The position numbers and the translations under genes are program-made. DNA of 63,331 nucleotides, filler included, from Folioceros fuciformis (taxonomy: Eukaryota), in the NCBI GenBank assembly GCA_049999805.1. It is 9 parts of 9 records of this genome, joined end to end, with 100 filler letters (N's around TTAATTAATTAA, not from the genome) between each part and the next. Parts side by side here need not be neighbours in the genome. Positions count along the whole stretch, not along the records: positions 1 to 7,082 come from JBNGIO010005807.1; positions 7,183 to 15,425 come from JBNGIO010005808.1; 7 more parts are not named here. One strand, given 5' to 3'. This document shows, one piece after another, positions 1 to 12,935 of this stretch. The notes below the pieces were generated by a model, which made no database searches, was not told the DNA's origin, and was given only the letters and a program-made list of their open reading frames with translations. How positions within the stretch are numbered: the first letter of the stretch is position 1; every line of letters begins with the position of its first letter.

Positions 1-3000
1 GTTGGACAACGTTCTCTACGTTCCTACCATGGCAAAGCATCTTCTTTTGGTTAGCCAGTTGATGAAACTTGGGCAGTTTGACCTGCTATTTACAGCTGAT
101 GGTTGCATGCTCACCCATAAAGGTGCTGATGATCCAGTGGCTTGTGGGCTTCTGGTTGATGACTTATATCGCCTAGATATATGTTGCCAATCTGCTCACA
201 GCATTTTTGCAGCTGCTTACACACAGTCAGAATTAGCACAATTGTGGCATGCCCGTTTGGGCCATGCAAATAAGAACAAACTTATTAAGATGTCCAACAC
301 TGACTGTTATCGTGAGCCGCTGGCAACTTGTTTTAAGGAACTTGCCTTGTGTGACTCCCTCGTCCTTTCTAAGCAAAAGGAACTCCCCTTTCCAGCTACG
401 GTTGCTCACCGTACTTCCAACGTCTTGGATCTGGTGCACACAGATATCTCAGGCAAAATTCAAGTGCCTTCTTTAGGCGGTTCCCACTATTACCTGACAC
501 TTACCGATGACTACAGTCGCTATTCATGGACTTTCCCTCTTGAGCGTAAATCTGACACATTTCCTGTATCATTTCCAAACCCCTACACACAGCAGCAAAA
601 CGGCGTGGCTGAGAGGAGGAATCAGACATTACTTGGAATGACACGCAGCATGCTGGAGTGGTCAGGTTTGGATAAATCCTACTGGGCTGAAGCTGTTGTC
701 ACGGCTACATACATTCTAAATCGACTTCTTACTAGTTCTGTGGAGACTCGGACTCCTGTTGAGGTCATTTGGCACCGCCGCCCCAGCCTCCTCCACTTGC
801 GTGTTTTCGGCTCACCGGCTTATGCTTATATCCCTAAGAAACAACGCAAGAAACTTGACGACCGGGCAAAGCTTCTCATTTTTGTGGGTTATGGTGAGGA
901 GACCAAGGCCTACAAATTATATGATCCTCTGTCTCGTACCTGCACCTTTGCTCGCAGTGTTACTTTCAAGGAGCTTACCCGCCCGGCCGTTCCTCATTTT
1001 GCTGACTCTTCGGCTGTTTCTTCTCCTGCTGATGACTTTGACCTTGAAGTTTCGGAGTATCCTCAGGATGTTTACATGGTTCCCCTTTCAGGGGGTGCTC
1101 CTCCTGCTGCTGGTGGTGGTTCAGGGGGTGGTTCTCAGTCCCCTGCACCGTCATCTTCCTTCGCACCACTTGACTTGCCTGTTTTAGGTCATTCTCCTAT
1201 CCAGCCAGATGATCCCGCTGAATTAAATGACACACACGGGCTGCCAAGTGATGCAAGTGCTGAAGACTATGCTGAAGACAATGAACCCCCTGCAGCACAG
1301 ATTGATGACTTAGGCGAATTTCCTTTAGTTGAAGACTCACCTGATCTTCTTCATTCCTCTGCGTCTTCTGATGATGATGTTGATGAAGCCCCATGCACCT
1401 CAGTTCCTGATGTTCTTGAGTCCCCTGTCTTACATGCTCCCGTCCCAGTGACGGAAGAACGCAGATACCCAAGCAGAATCCGAAACCCTAGGGATCAGTG
1501 GCACGAGAAACCATATGAGTAAGTGGATTTTAGAATCCCTAAATCGTCCAGGCTGACACAAAACCCATCTCTAGTGTTCTCTTGCTCTATAGATCATCTT
1601 GCCGAACCCCGCAGTTATCAAGAAGCTGTCACTGGTAAGGATAAGGATCATTGGATCCCGTCCATACAAGATGAGTATAATTCTCTTATACAAAATGAAA
1701 CATGGGAGCTATGCCCCCTACCTGCTGGAAGGAAGGCCGTGAGTTGTAAATGGATTTTTAAACACAAGCTAAATGCTCAAGGCCAGATAGCTAGGTATAA
1801 ATCCATATTGGTCGCTCGAGGTTTTTCGCATGTAGCTGGTGTAGATTATGTTGAGACTTTCAGTCCTGTAGTCAAAACGCAGTCCATCAGAATGATTTTA
1901 GCCCTAGCTGCTGCACGTGATTGGGACTTGGAACAAATGGATGTCTCAACAGCTTTCTTGTATGGTGAGCTTGAGGAGGAAATTTACCTAGAGCACCCTG
2001 AAGAACATAGACGCTTACCTTAAGTCCATAGGTTTTGTCCAGAACCCTGCTGATGTGAATGTCCATCGATATTCCAGAGATGGCCATGTTGTCATCTTAG
2101 CCTTGTATATTGATGACGCTATTTTTTCCTCTGATAATCGCAAGCTCTTGGATTGGGTAAAGCAAATGCTTCACAAAAGATATAATATGAGGGATATTGG
2201 CACACTTACCTTTGTACTTGGTGTTCAACTAATCAGAGACCGCGGCAATAAGACTCTTATTCTGCATCAATCTAAATATATCAATGAGACCTTGAAGCGT
2301 TTCAATCTGGACAAAGCAAAACCTATTAGCACACCAGGGGTTATAGGTTTTAAGCTGACCTCACAGCAGTCACCACAAAGTGAAGAAGAGCAACACGCCA
2401 TGATGGATGTTCAATATAGGCATGCTGTAGGATGCCTTAATTACATTGCTTGCTGGACACGGCCTGACATTCAACATGCCGTTAGTTCAGTGTCCCAATT
2501 TTTTGGAAAAACCTGGTAAAGATCATTGGAGTGCAGTCAAGCGTGTAATGCGATATCTTAGAGGAACTTCAACTTATGGTCTCTGCTATCGGCTTGGCTC
2601 ACTTGATTCAGATTTCACACTCGTTGGGTATGCCGACGCCGATTGGGCCACAGACCCTGAAACCCGTCGGAGTTTGTCAGCCTACTGCTTCTTCTTATCT
2701 GGAGCTGTTGAAAATTGGAGCTCAAAGAAACAAGTATCCGTGGCCTTGTCCTCCACGGAAGCCGAGTATAAGGCTCTTACAGACTTTGCTAAGGAGGCAG
2801 AGTGGGAGCGTAGTTTCTTGGCTGGCCTCTTGTTTCCACAAGCACAACCCACAACGGTGTTTTGTGATAATCAGTCTACCATTGCTTTGGTTGGAAACCC
2901 GCGTTTCCATGCTCGCACAAAACACATTGAAATTCAGCATCATTTTGTGTGACACTCCGTTGAAAGGCAAATTGTCAAGATTTCTTATGTATCAACAGAT

Positions 3001-3090
3001 TTCAATGTTGCTGACCTCCTTACCAAGGCCTTGCCGACATCCAAGCATTCTTTCTTTCGTGATCAGATGGGGCTTGTGGATTATGTTGGC
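1..3090 (+). mobile_element. Ty1/copia pol (end of protease, integrase, RT, RNase H), degenerate
   Basis: WHARLGH, VHTDISG, QQNGVAERRN, MDVSTAFL, LYIDD, YADADWA, RTKHIEIQHHFV in INT-RT-RH order; stops, frameshifts and internal deletions near 560 and 2000. Confidence 0.95.
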
Positions 3091-3260
3091 TTTGCCTCTC
3101 AACAGGTTTTGGACTCTTGACTTGCTTCACGTCCGGCGCATCAGGCTCTCGCGGATGAAGCTCCTTTGCTGTATTTAATCGCGATTTCCTGCTGCTTGTT
3201 TGACCGTGGCTGTGTGACGTGTCCTCCGAACTGCGTTAGTCTGTCGTGGTTAAGGGGGTG

Positions 3261-3467
3261 TGTTAAGAGACCTACCAGGTCTTGGTAACCATGTCATTAG
3301 ATTAGGGTTGATAATATATTTACCATAATTAGCATTGATTAATTAGCCCTAATATGAAGAGACACTTTACTTATGTATTTAAACATTTTTGTTAATTGTA
3401 ATGTATTATTCTTTTGCCTACCATTGTTCTGATTTTCTCAAGCTCTCCGCTCTAGAAAACTCTAACA
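3261..3467 (+). repeat. 3' LTR of the copia element at 1-3090
   Basis: Follows purine tract AAGGGGG (3252-3258); TGTTAAG...CTAACA termini; AT-rich with TATA-like motifs. Confidence 0.8.
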
Positions 3468-4219
3468 GTGACGTATACATAACGGAGGTTCACATTGCTC
3501 GGATCATCCTTAGCGCTCCTGTTGGCTGCCCTGCACCGCGGCGGCTCCAAGCGTAAAACCTAGAACCCTCTATCATGGCAGCCTTCAATACTGCAGTCCT
3601 GTGTGAAGCAGCGCTAAAGAGAAGGGAATGCGTGCCCGTGCAAGAGCCCAGAAATAGCAGAAGCAAAGCCCGCGCAGCCTTGGGTCAGCTGCAACTCACT
3701 AGAGGAACTGGTCAGGAGAGTGAACAGTATGCCGGTGAGCTCAAGACCATACCCAGGGACTGCTAGAGCTTCGCAGGAGGAGGGGCCCCAACAGCAACTG
3801 CCAGACTTTCGCTATTCGTAGTACGCTGCTCCCATCCTTGCGGCCAAGCTCAGGGCGGCCATGAACATGATTGCGGAGTTGGAACTGCTGCTAGCTGCTG
3901 GTGGAGTCCCACTGCCTTCAGATGAACCGCATGATGTGAAACCTGTCTTGTGAGAATTAGGGCAGCACGGGATGATTTCATCCTAAGGTGAGCTTCATCC
4001 ATCCCGTCTGTCCTTGCTATTGTGTTGTCAAATGTGTGATTGACCTAACATGTGTTGTGGACTCTCCCTCTGACGAGCCTGCTACGTGCAGTAGCAGGCT
4101 ACGTGTGCAGGCAATTGGATTGCTGGCACACCACACCACACCCAGGGAACGTCCGGGTTCCCGCCCCCTCCTACCAGATAAGTCCTAAGACCCATCCTTG
4201 AAGTAGGCAGAGTAATCTG

Positions 4220-4892
4220 ATAACCCAAGTCCCTCAAGGTGCTTATAGTGCTTATGTTTTGGCAAGCCCTTTTTGAGGATGTTTGCTATGTTTTCATCTG
4301 TATGCACATAGTCTACTTTGACCACACCTCTCTAGACTACATCTCTAACATAGTGGTGTTGAATTTCAATGTGCTTAGTACGTGCATGAAATCTAAGATT
4401 AGCCACCAATGCCAGGGCTGACATATTGTCACAATGCAGCTTTGTAGGTGCCATTTGTTCCTGGTCAAGGTCCTTGAGGAAACTACGCTCCCACTCAGCT
4501 TCCTTGGAGGAGGTTGAGAGACTCTTCCTGGAGTCGCTGTCGGATGCCCAGTCTGCATCCTTAAAGCCTTCTAGGGTAAGTTTCTTCTTCCCACTGCTCC
4601 TGTAGAATAGGCCTGTCATTTGTGTCCCTTTCAAATACCTGAAAATGCGCTTGATAGCAACCCAATGTGCATTTCCAGGTCGCTCCAAGAATTGTGACAC
4701 AATGCTGACAACGTATTGGATATCTAGCCTGGTCCAATTAGCAACAAATATGAGACTGCCCACAGCGTGCCTGTAGGGGATTGTAGACATGTCCTTAATT
4801 TCTCCCTCAGACTGCGGACAGTGCTCACTGGTGAGTTTCATTCCAGTTGCATAAGGTGTGGACATAGGCCTGGCTTGATCCATCTTAAATTT
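4220..4892 (-). mobile_element. Ty1/copia RT end and RNase H fragment with internal deletions
   Basis: PYRHAVGSL, WVAIKRIFRYLKGT, DADWASD, CDNMSAL, RTKHIEIQHHYVR. Confidence 0.9.
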
Positions 4893-5564
4893 ATGGTGAG
4901 TGATAGGGGGACTCACTTCATCAATGAAGTAGTCAAGCACATGACTGAATATTTCAATATCAGTCATAGGAAGACCACTCCCTACAACCCTAAGGCCAAT
5001 GGGCTCACGGAGAAGGCTAACGGGCTGTTGTGAAAGATCCTCAGCAAACTCACCGTCACCTATGCTCATGACTGGGATAGGAAACTCCACTCAGCCTTGT
5101 GGGCATACAGGACTACTGAGAAGGTTACTACCCAGCAGACCCCTTATTACCTCACCTATGGACACTCACCAGTCATGCCCATCGAATTTGAGGTACCTAC
5201 CTTGAGGATGCAGGAGAGCAATCGATTGACCGTGGAGGAGAGCCAACTGGAGAGGCTAACCAGTTTTGTGCAGCATGATGAGGATAGGGCACGGGCCTTG
5301 GCTGTTTTCCTTGATGTTCAGGAGAGGAGGAAGAAGTGGCACGACCATAAGTTGCGTAAACAAGAGTATGTTGTGCCTGGAGATTTAGCCTTGTTATATG
5401 ACAATAGGTACATGCACTTTCCAGGTTAGCTGCACTTGAGATGGATGGGACCTTACAGGGTGCTGGAGGTGTATGAGAATGGGTCCATTCAATTGCAGCA
5501 CCTCAACGGCCCCAACTTGCCAACCAGGGTTAATGGCTGGCGTGTGAAGAAGTATTATCAGTAG
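4893..5564 (+). mobile_element. Ty3/gypsy integrase C-terminal half (non-chromovirus), degenerate
   Basis: VSDRGTHF, TTPYNPKANGLTE, WAYRT, WMGPY, RVNGW; near-identical to 55575-56230 on the minus strand. Confidence 0.92.
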
Positions 5565-5598
5565 TTGGCGAGGACGCCAACAAATGAGAAGGGGAGTA

Positions 5599-7031
5599 TG
5601 TGGACTCCACATGCTGAACAGACCCCTGGGAAATGATAGGTTTTCTTTTTTTTGGGATTTGTGAGTGAGTGTTGTAGAGGAAAGATTGGAAGGTTAGGTT
5701 AGAATAGTAGCTAGAGTGATGGTGAGTCGATAGGGTAGGTAGGTTGTGTGGTAGATAGGACGTGGGCTCTAGTTCCTGGGCCAAGGGTAAGTAGGCTAGA
5801 GGGTAGTCGGATGAGGAATGGGCCGGCAGTTCGGCTAGCCACACTAGACGGCTGACTTGACCTGGGCGAGACCGGGAAGTGGCGGCTGAGGCAAAAGGTA
5901 TAGGAGACCGACTGGTTGATCTGGCCAGGCTAGTTGGTAGATCCAGTTGGGCAGCCAGGCAGCCGGCTGGCCGAGGGAGGAGTAGGCAGCAACCATGTAG
6001 GCGACCTGGCTGTTGGCAGGCCGCATGGCCAGACCCAGGCCGGGGTCCGGGCCGGAGCTGCGAGGCAATCAGCCGAGTAGGCCGCCGGAGCGCTGGAGGG
6101 GGCAAGGTAGGCAGCTAGGCGGGGTTGCTGGAACCCAACCAGCAGTCCAACCCGGGTTGATGGGAGGCAATCCTGCAGGTCCAGGCTTTAGGCCGGTTGG
6201 TGGATCCAGCCAAGCTGGACAATAGACCAGGCTAGAGCTCAGAACAGGCTAGGGAGGCTGGGGGCCTGGCTGGCTGGCCGGGTTTGGACCAGCAGCCCAA
6301 CGACCTGGAGCGGCCGGGCTGGCCGAAGCTGGATGACTTGGGAGTCCACAAAGGCAGAGCAGCCAAGCTAAGTCCAGGCAAAAGGCAGAAGAAAGGTGAC
6401 GGGCCGCTGAGGGGTCTCGACAACCGTGAGCCTGGGACGGATGCATGCGGGCTGGGTAGAATCTAGGCAACGGCCGCCTGGCTGTCATAACCAGGTAGTT
6501 GCTGGCCTGCTGGTGGCGTGGTAGGATCCAGAAGCCGGGTAGTGAGGTGCCTAGCTGGATCGAGAGGTTAGGGCCTCGGGCCTGTCGATCGGGCAGGGCT
6601 TGGTGACTAAGGATGTCCTGGCGGGTATGACCACAGGTGGAGGGCCAGCAGACTGGGCCGCCAGCAGCTAGGCACCCTGGAGGTGGGTCGGCTAGTCGAT
6701 CCGGAAGGCTGGCTGGTTGGCTGGCCGGGTTGGCTGGCGGGCCAGGTGACAAACGGATTCGGCCGCCAACGCCAAGCTAGGACGGGCTAATCGGGCAGCT
6801 TGGCTGGTCACAGTTGGGAGCAGAGCAGCAAGGTCGGAGCTAGAAGCAAGCCAGGCTAGAGGCAGCATCGAGGCGTGGCTGGCGTGGATGAGGTTGGTTG
6901 CAGGACCGGTGCGTCAGGATCAACTCCGGGGCTGTGGTAGTCCAGAATCAGGATGCACGGCAAGCCGGCTTGCAGGCACCTAGACTGATCAGCAGCAGGT
7001 CGGCAGGGCCAGCAAGCTGGCTGGAGTCCAG
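5599..7031 (+). repeat. Partial 3' LTR of the gypsy element (long, GC-rich)
   Basis: Starts TGTGGACTCCACA after PPT GAGAAGGGGAG; its start matches the reverse complement of 36286-35600; a new TGTTAGA LTR-like start occurs at 7032. Confidence 0.8.
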
Positions 7032-7082
7032 TGTTAGATAACAAGCTCTGTCACACTTAGGGTTGTATATATTTAATTTAGA

Positions 7083-7182
7083 NNNNNNNNNNNNNNNNNN
7101 NNNNNNNNNNNNNNNNNNNNNNNNNNTTAATTAATTAANNNNNNNNNNNNNNNNNNNNNNNNNNNNNNNNNNNNNNNNNNNN
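7083..7182. other. Artificial scaffold linker N44-TTAATTAATTAA-N44 (also at 15426, 22503, 41513, 45064, 55475, 58139, 60811)
   Basis: Identical 100-bp six-frame-stop spacer occurs eight times. Confidence 0.98.
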
Positions 7183-8000
7183 ACTTTTAAAGCTGATGCC
7201 AACTTGTTTTGTGAGAGCTGCCAATTCCGGAAGCTCTCTCAAAAACCTTATAATGATCCATCTCCTACTAGGGCTACACAATTGTTGGAAGTAGTCAATT
7301 CAGATATATGTGGACCAATGTCGACTGACTCTTTGGCGGAGCAATCTATTTTCTCTCCTTCCTAGATGAATGGAGTCACTACTACCACCTATATTTCCTA
7401 CATAGTCGGCAGCAGACTTTTTCCAAGTTTACTAAACATGGAGCTATGGCAGAAGCACAAACAAGACATGTTATTAAACGGCTGCGTAGTGACAACGCCA
7501 AGGATGAGTGTAGAATTCACAACTTTCTGCAAACAAAAGGGGATCATACATCAGCTCACTGTCCCCTACCATCCACCACAAAATCCCTACGCTGAAAGAT
7601 ATAAGAGGACAATTCAGGAAAGGACAAGGGCAACTCTTACAGCTGCTAGACTTACAAGGGGATATTGGGCTGAAGCAATAGATTCAGTCAATTATATGGC
7701 CAACAAATTGCCTCTGAAACCACTCTATGATACCACTCCCTATCAAAGGTGGACTGGCAACAAGCCCCGGATCAGCCATCTTAGGACGTTTGGCGCCTCA
7801 GCCTATGCTTTTGTACCTGGGGATAAAAGATGCAAAAGGACAACAAGGCCACCAAGCATATCTTTGTAGGATACTCAGATATTGTTAAGGGATACAAACT
7901 ATATAACCCTTTAACAAAAGAATTGACGATTGCCAGAAGTGTAAGTTTCAATGAGACTCACATTTTGAAGTCTCATCTCCATGCCATATCTAGCCACGAT
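7183..8000 (+). mobile_element. Ty1/copia integrase fragment, frameshifted
   Basis: SDICGPM, TVPYHPPQNPYAER, YWAEA, HLRTFGASAYA, FVGYSDIVKGYKLYNP. Confidence 0.9.
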
Positions 8001-8549
8001 ATGCTGCCACCAGCGTCTGTTCATGGGCATGCACCTCAGTCAGTTTCAAATCAAGATTATGATACAAGCACAACTACAGCCCTTATCAGGCCCCCAGCTT
8101 TCAAGTATTGCGTCCCTACCACTTGCAGACTCAACACACAAGTTAGACACGGCCATAGGAGAGACCAGCACACTCGACAAGGCCATAAGACAGATTCATC
8201 ACAGGACGCACCTGCAGCACCCTGACTCAACTTCGATCTAATCAGCGTGCAGCAGCGGCAAATCCTCATCACTCCTTTTCTTTCTTCCCAGCAGCGATGC
8301 CACACATGCAGTTTGATCAAGGCGTGCAACTCCATGCCTCTCACAGGTAGACTCGAGCGAGTTGTATGGGGTTGTGCCTCCTCTTTTGCGCTGCAGGCAA
8401 CAGCATCGGCCTGCGCCCACCTTCACCATGATCTGATTCAGTGCAGCAGCCATGTGATGTGGTGCGCACAGCGCAGGATCGGATCACACACACCAGCGGA
8501 GAGCAGCAAGGGCCGGATCGGGAGCGGTCGAGTTTTCGCGGCCTCACTA

Positions 8550-10722
8550 GTTTTATACGGCACGGTGAGTTGGTAATGGATCCCTTCCGAAGAGCAAAAG
8601 TTCTGAAAAGCATTGCTGATGTACTCGCCACCATTGTCTCTACATAAAATTTTAGCCTTGTGACCTGTCTGCCGGGTTGCAAAACGCACATAGGTTTGAA
8701 AATACATAAGAGCCTCGCTTTTATGTCTTAACACATAAACAATACAATAGCGGCTCCATTCATCTATGAATATAATAAAATAAACAGCTCCTCCAAATGA
8801 GCTAGCAGACAAAGGGCCACAAATGTCACTATGAATAGTATCCAAAAGGGCAGAGGCCCTTGTTGAGTGGAGATCCGTATATGGCTTAAAAAAGGCTTTA
8901 CTAAGCTGACAGGCGTCACAGAAGGGGTGACTAGAAGGGAGATAGGTAAGTGGATCTCGAAAACTATCACCCTTTGTTAGAGATGCTAGACGTTGAAAAT
9001 TGACGTGGGCAAGATGACAATGCCAAAGTTGCATTGAAGTTTGTCTTTGAATGGCATTAACAGACTAAGTGGATTGAGGTTGCACTATCGATTTGACACC
9101 TAATAAATACAAATCATGAAAAGGGGTGCCTATGAAAAGGTCCTGACTTGATGGAACATGCGTTACAGTGCAACCATATTGATCAAAGCAGACTCGGCAA
9201 GAGTGTTCTTGTGACAACTTAATCACTGACATCAAATTTTTGGTCATAGATGGGACAAATAAAACACCAGAAAGTATAAGTGAAGACTCGTCTGAGAGTT
9301 GTATGACCACTGAGCCCAAGCCTTTGATGGAAAGCCCATTGTCATCACCCAAAAGCACAAACTGATTGGCATCATATGTGGGTGAGAAAGTTTTAAATGA
9401 GTGTCTGTCAAAACAAATATGACTAGTGGCTCCAAAATCTAAAAACCAAGTTTCTACTTGAGAATGGACAGATGAAAGACAAACAGCTAAGATTGTGGGT
9501 GACTTAGCCTTTGTTGTTGTGACATTTGATTCAGGGAGACTTGTATCTCGTCGAGGCTCACCGGCCTTTTTCTTCCGGCAATCCTTCTCAATATGGCTAG
9601 GTATCTTGCACCAATAGCAGGTCATATTTATGCTTTGGTGCTGCTGTAGATTATATGTGGAACGCTGAAAATTTTGGTTGGGGAAGCCACATCCCCTACC
9701 ACGTCCTCAAAAGCCCCCTCTGCCTCAAGAAGTGAACAAAATTCTTGAGTTTGATTGACCACTTGAGCTAGCCTTCATTTTATTAAGTCCACGAGTCCTC
9801 TCCTCTGCTAGAAGAGCTCCAAACACCTCCTGAAGTGTAATAGCAAGAGTTGCACCTGCAACTATTGTTTCACTAGCTGTCCTTACAATGGCGCTTTGTG
9901 CGCTTACAAAAGATTGATATGCTTCAGGAAGAGTAGCAAGAAGGCTGACAGCAGCTTGAACTTCACTTAAGTCTATTCCACAATATGCAAGGTTAGCACG
10001 ACAAGTGCAAAACCTGTTGATATAAGACTCCACAGTCTTATTGTCTTTCATACAAAGACTAAAAAATTCCCTGAAGGCTTGTACTAGGGAGGCTAAGCTC
10101 CTTTCCTTATAAATCATCTTAAAGTTATTCCACACATCACTTGAAGTGGCAACACCCAAGGTATTTGTCATCATATTCCGATCTAGAGCAGAAATAATAA
10201 CAGTTCTTGCACGCCGATCCTTCCGTTGCCATTCCAAAATGAGATCAGGGGCGGCTCTTGTATGTAGCAAGAGCAGGTTTAGACTCGTCTACAACCCCCA
10301 TCAATTCATTTTCTTCCAAAATTTGTGACACCTGCATTGCCCATATAGTGTAATATGTCCCATTAAATCTATCTCTATCCTTGAATTCTATCCTAAGAGG
10401 AGTAAGAAGAGCGGGAGGCAAAGAAGAAGATCTCGACATGTTTAATCTAGATTGTACAGCTTGTGGAGAAAAATCCCATATAGAATACTCTACAGAAGTT
10501 TTTATCTCTCAATTTTCAAATAAATTGCCAAAGAATGTATTGAATGCTTCACTATTATCACTATCATCAATGAAATCAAAATACATAAAAATAATAATTA
10601 GTACCAAAGCATATTGCAAGCGATGAGATGTAATGGATCTAAGCTCATGTATATAAATTAATTGAAAACAACAGTGAAATAGGAATTTGCTTTAGTATGG
10701 AGGTTAGTGACCGTGTCTAACA
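8550..10722 (-). mobile_element. Ty1/copia 5' part (possible LTR, gag, zinc knuckle, protease, integrase N-half), truncated
   Basis: DRFNGTYYTIW, CYWCKIPSHIEKDC, WFLDFGATSH, WHCHLAH, HSDICGP, RDNGGEY; TGTTAGA start at 10722. Confidence 0.88.
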
Positions 10723-10826
10723 CCCAAGCCACCCAGGTTTGACTTCTGTCTAGTGCAGCGCCTCGAGCTGGAAATACTCTTTTAAAAAAAAACTTGCTAT
10801 TAGGGCGCGGTCGCCGGTGGTAACCA

Positions 10827-11373
10827 CTGCGCCGCATAGCCGTTGTGTGCGCGGCACCTCTAATTTGCACCTGCTACTCAATAATTTTAATCCCTACGCC
10901 GCGCACACAGCGGTTGCGCAGTGCCTCCAATTTGCACCCGCTACTCAACAATTTTCATCCCTACGCCGCGCAGCCGCTGTGTGCGCGGTGCCTCCAATTT
11001 GCACTCGCTACTCAACAATTTTCATCCCTACGGTGCGCAGCCGCTGTGTTTGCGGCACCTCCAATTTGCACCCACTACTCAACAATTTTCATTCCTGTGC
11101 CGTGCAGCTGCTGTGTGAGCGGCGCTTCCAATTTGGACCCGCTACTCAACAATTTTCATTCCTGCACCGCGCAGCTGCTGCGTGAGCGGCGCCTCCAATT
11201 TGGACCCGCTACTCAACAATTTTCATTCCTGTGCCGCGCAGCCGTTGTGTGCGCGGCGCCTCTAATTTGCACCTGCTACTCAACAATTTTCATCCCTGCG
11301 CCGCGCAGCCACTATGTGTGCGGCACCTCCAATTTGCACCCCCTTCTCAACAATTTTGATCCCTGCGCCGCGC
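10827..11373. repeat. Tandem array, 67-bp period, ~8 units, each with a GC hairpin
   Basis: CCTC(C/T)AATTTG-type motif recurs at 10857, 10924, 10991, 11058, 11125, 11192, 11259, 11326. Confidence 0.95.
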
Positions 11374-11620
11374 GCCTAATTAGCCCCCACATTGCGACTG
11401 TAATCGGCTAGCATTACTTATGAATTGTGGCGGAATTCCAGAATTCCATTAGAGTTGGTTGGGTGCGGCAGATCATGGGCAAGGATGCAGGTCATGCTGG
11501 CTGCTTCTGCTGCATGTCTTCGGAACGGGCCGCTGGTGTGTGCACCTCCTTAAAATGTCCCGTGGTTACAAGCCGTCGTGGTTCCTTCCGAAGGGGATGC
11601 TGCTTAATATCATTATGAGC

Positions 11621-11689
11621 TATTTAGATTAATAGCTCATAATGTATCTATCATTTTGATTGATAGATTATGAGCTATTAATCTAAATA
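11621..11689. repeat. Perfect 23-bp inverted repeat (hairpin)
   Basis: TATTTAGATTAATAGCTCATAAT (11621-11643) and its reverse complement (11667-11689). Confidence 0.9.
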
Positions 11690-12071
11690 TCTTTTCTTTT
11701 CTTATGATTATAAGGCTTGTACAAGCTTCATCTACTGGATCTCACAATTAGGTTTGTTTAGAGTATCGCGCATCAAGCAAGCTCTTTCGGCGTCTTGTGC
11801 ATCGGGTGACAAGAGTAGTCTAACGATCATAAGTTAGCCACTTAATTTGCAACCACGTTGCAACAATTTTATTCTTAATCCACTTACACCCAAGTTTAGA
11901 CTAAATTACCAATATTGCTCAAGTCTAAATCCAACCAAGTTTAGATTGAATTACCAATATTGCTCAAGGCTAAATCCATGGGGTCTAAAAAAATCATGAT
12001 TCAACCTTGAGGTTTACCAAGCTTCCACGCCTCCAACATAGAGGTAAAGTGGCACACGGAGACTGAAGTGC

Positions 12072-12935
12072 TTAGCGCATCGATCCATCCATGTTCCCAC
12101 TAACATACTCTTTGGAGCCATGGAGTTCAACAATCTCGCCTAACAATTCATGACCAATAGGCTGAGGATAGATAGGTGGTCGAAGCTGGATGGAAGAAGT
12201 GTCTTCAAGTTGATTGGCATTCGTGCACAAGTACATCATTGCCTCCATAAACCCTCCCTGCCGAATCTGCATCACAAAACCAGAACCTGGGCTTTCTTCA
12301 ACTTGATTTTCCTTCTTCACCACACACGTTCCTCCTTCTTCAAGGAAGTCTTTCCCCTGCACATCTTGGTTAGCATGCTGTCCCCCCTCGGTAGTTGCTT
12401 TCTCGGCATGTTCCTCCGTCTTCATAGCCAATGCTTCCATGAAAGGTACATACATCTCTTCCGCATGATTTTCAGGCTTCATAATAAGGGCCTCCATAGA
12501 AGATGCTTCTATACCATTTCTCGGTGCAGCAAAATGTGCTGGCTTTCCTTGCGCATGTATGTAGCGATCTCTCTTCATTTGAATTTGCTGAGCTCCACAA
12601 TCATATGTAGATTAGCTAGACATGTTAGTACCCGGCAACCAGAAGAGCATTAAAACCTATTGTTCAATGAAACAACCAATGTAAATGATACATACCTTTT
12701 CATCAAGAATTTCGCAAGCCTCCAATATCTCAAACTTCAATGCGAGAGGACGAACTTTGCACTTCGACATATCCTTCCCCCCCTCGACAAGATGTTGAAT
12801 TGCTCGCAGATAATTTCCGTACGCAAAGCTTTTTTTGCAATATTTGCAAACTATGCGCTTCAACGTCTTGAATGCACTCGACTCCACATGGTCGTAGTAC
12901 TTCCAAATAGGATGGTGGCGACCGGTAGTGACCAT
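12072..12935 (-). CDS. Spliced BED-type zinc-finger protein (coding exons 12935-12696 and 12587-12072, ~250 aa); probably DNA-transposon derived
   Basis: HPIWKYY...VCKYCKKSF...RAIQHL...C BED pattern; phase-0 GTATG...CTCAG intron joins the two ORFs in frame; upstream UTR intron GTAAGT (13140) to GCAG (12957). Confidence 0.65.

Noticed and set aside
4332-5090. 252-aa ORF as a novel fusion protein
   Set aside because: The N-terminus is just the antisense of gypsy integrase read into copia RT across a junction
5530-7044. Pro/Ala/Gly-rich ORFs here and at 33665-36190
   Set aside because: Spurious frames of GC-rich LTR sequence; broken differently between copies
7083-7182. Recurrent TTAATTAATTAA motif
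   Set aside because: Synthetic six-frame-stop linker within N runs
10827-11373. CRISPR-like periodic array with palindromes
   Set aside because: No unique spacers, whole units are homologous, no cas genes, eukaryotic context
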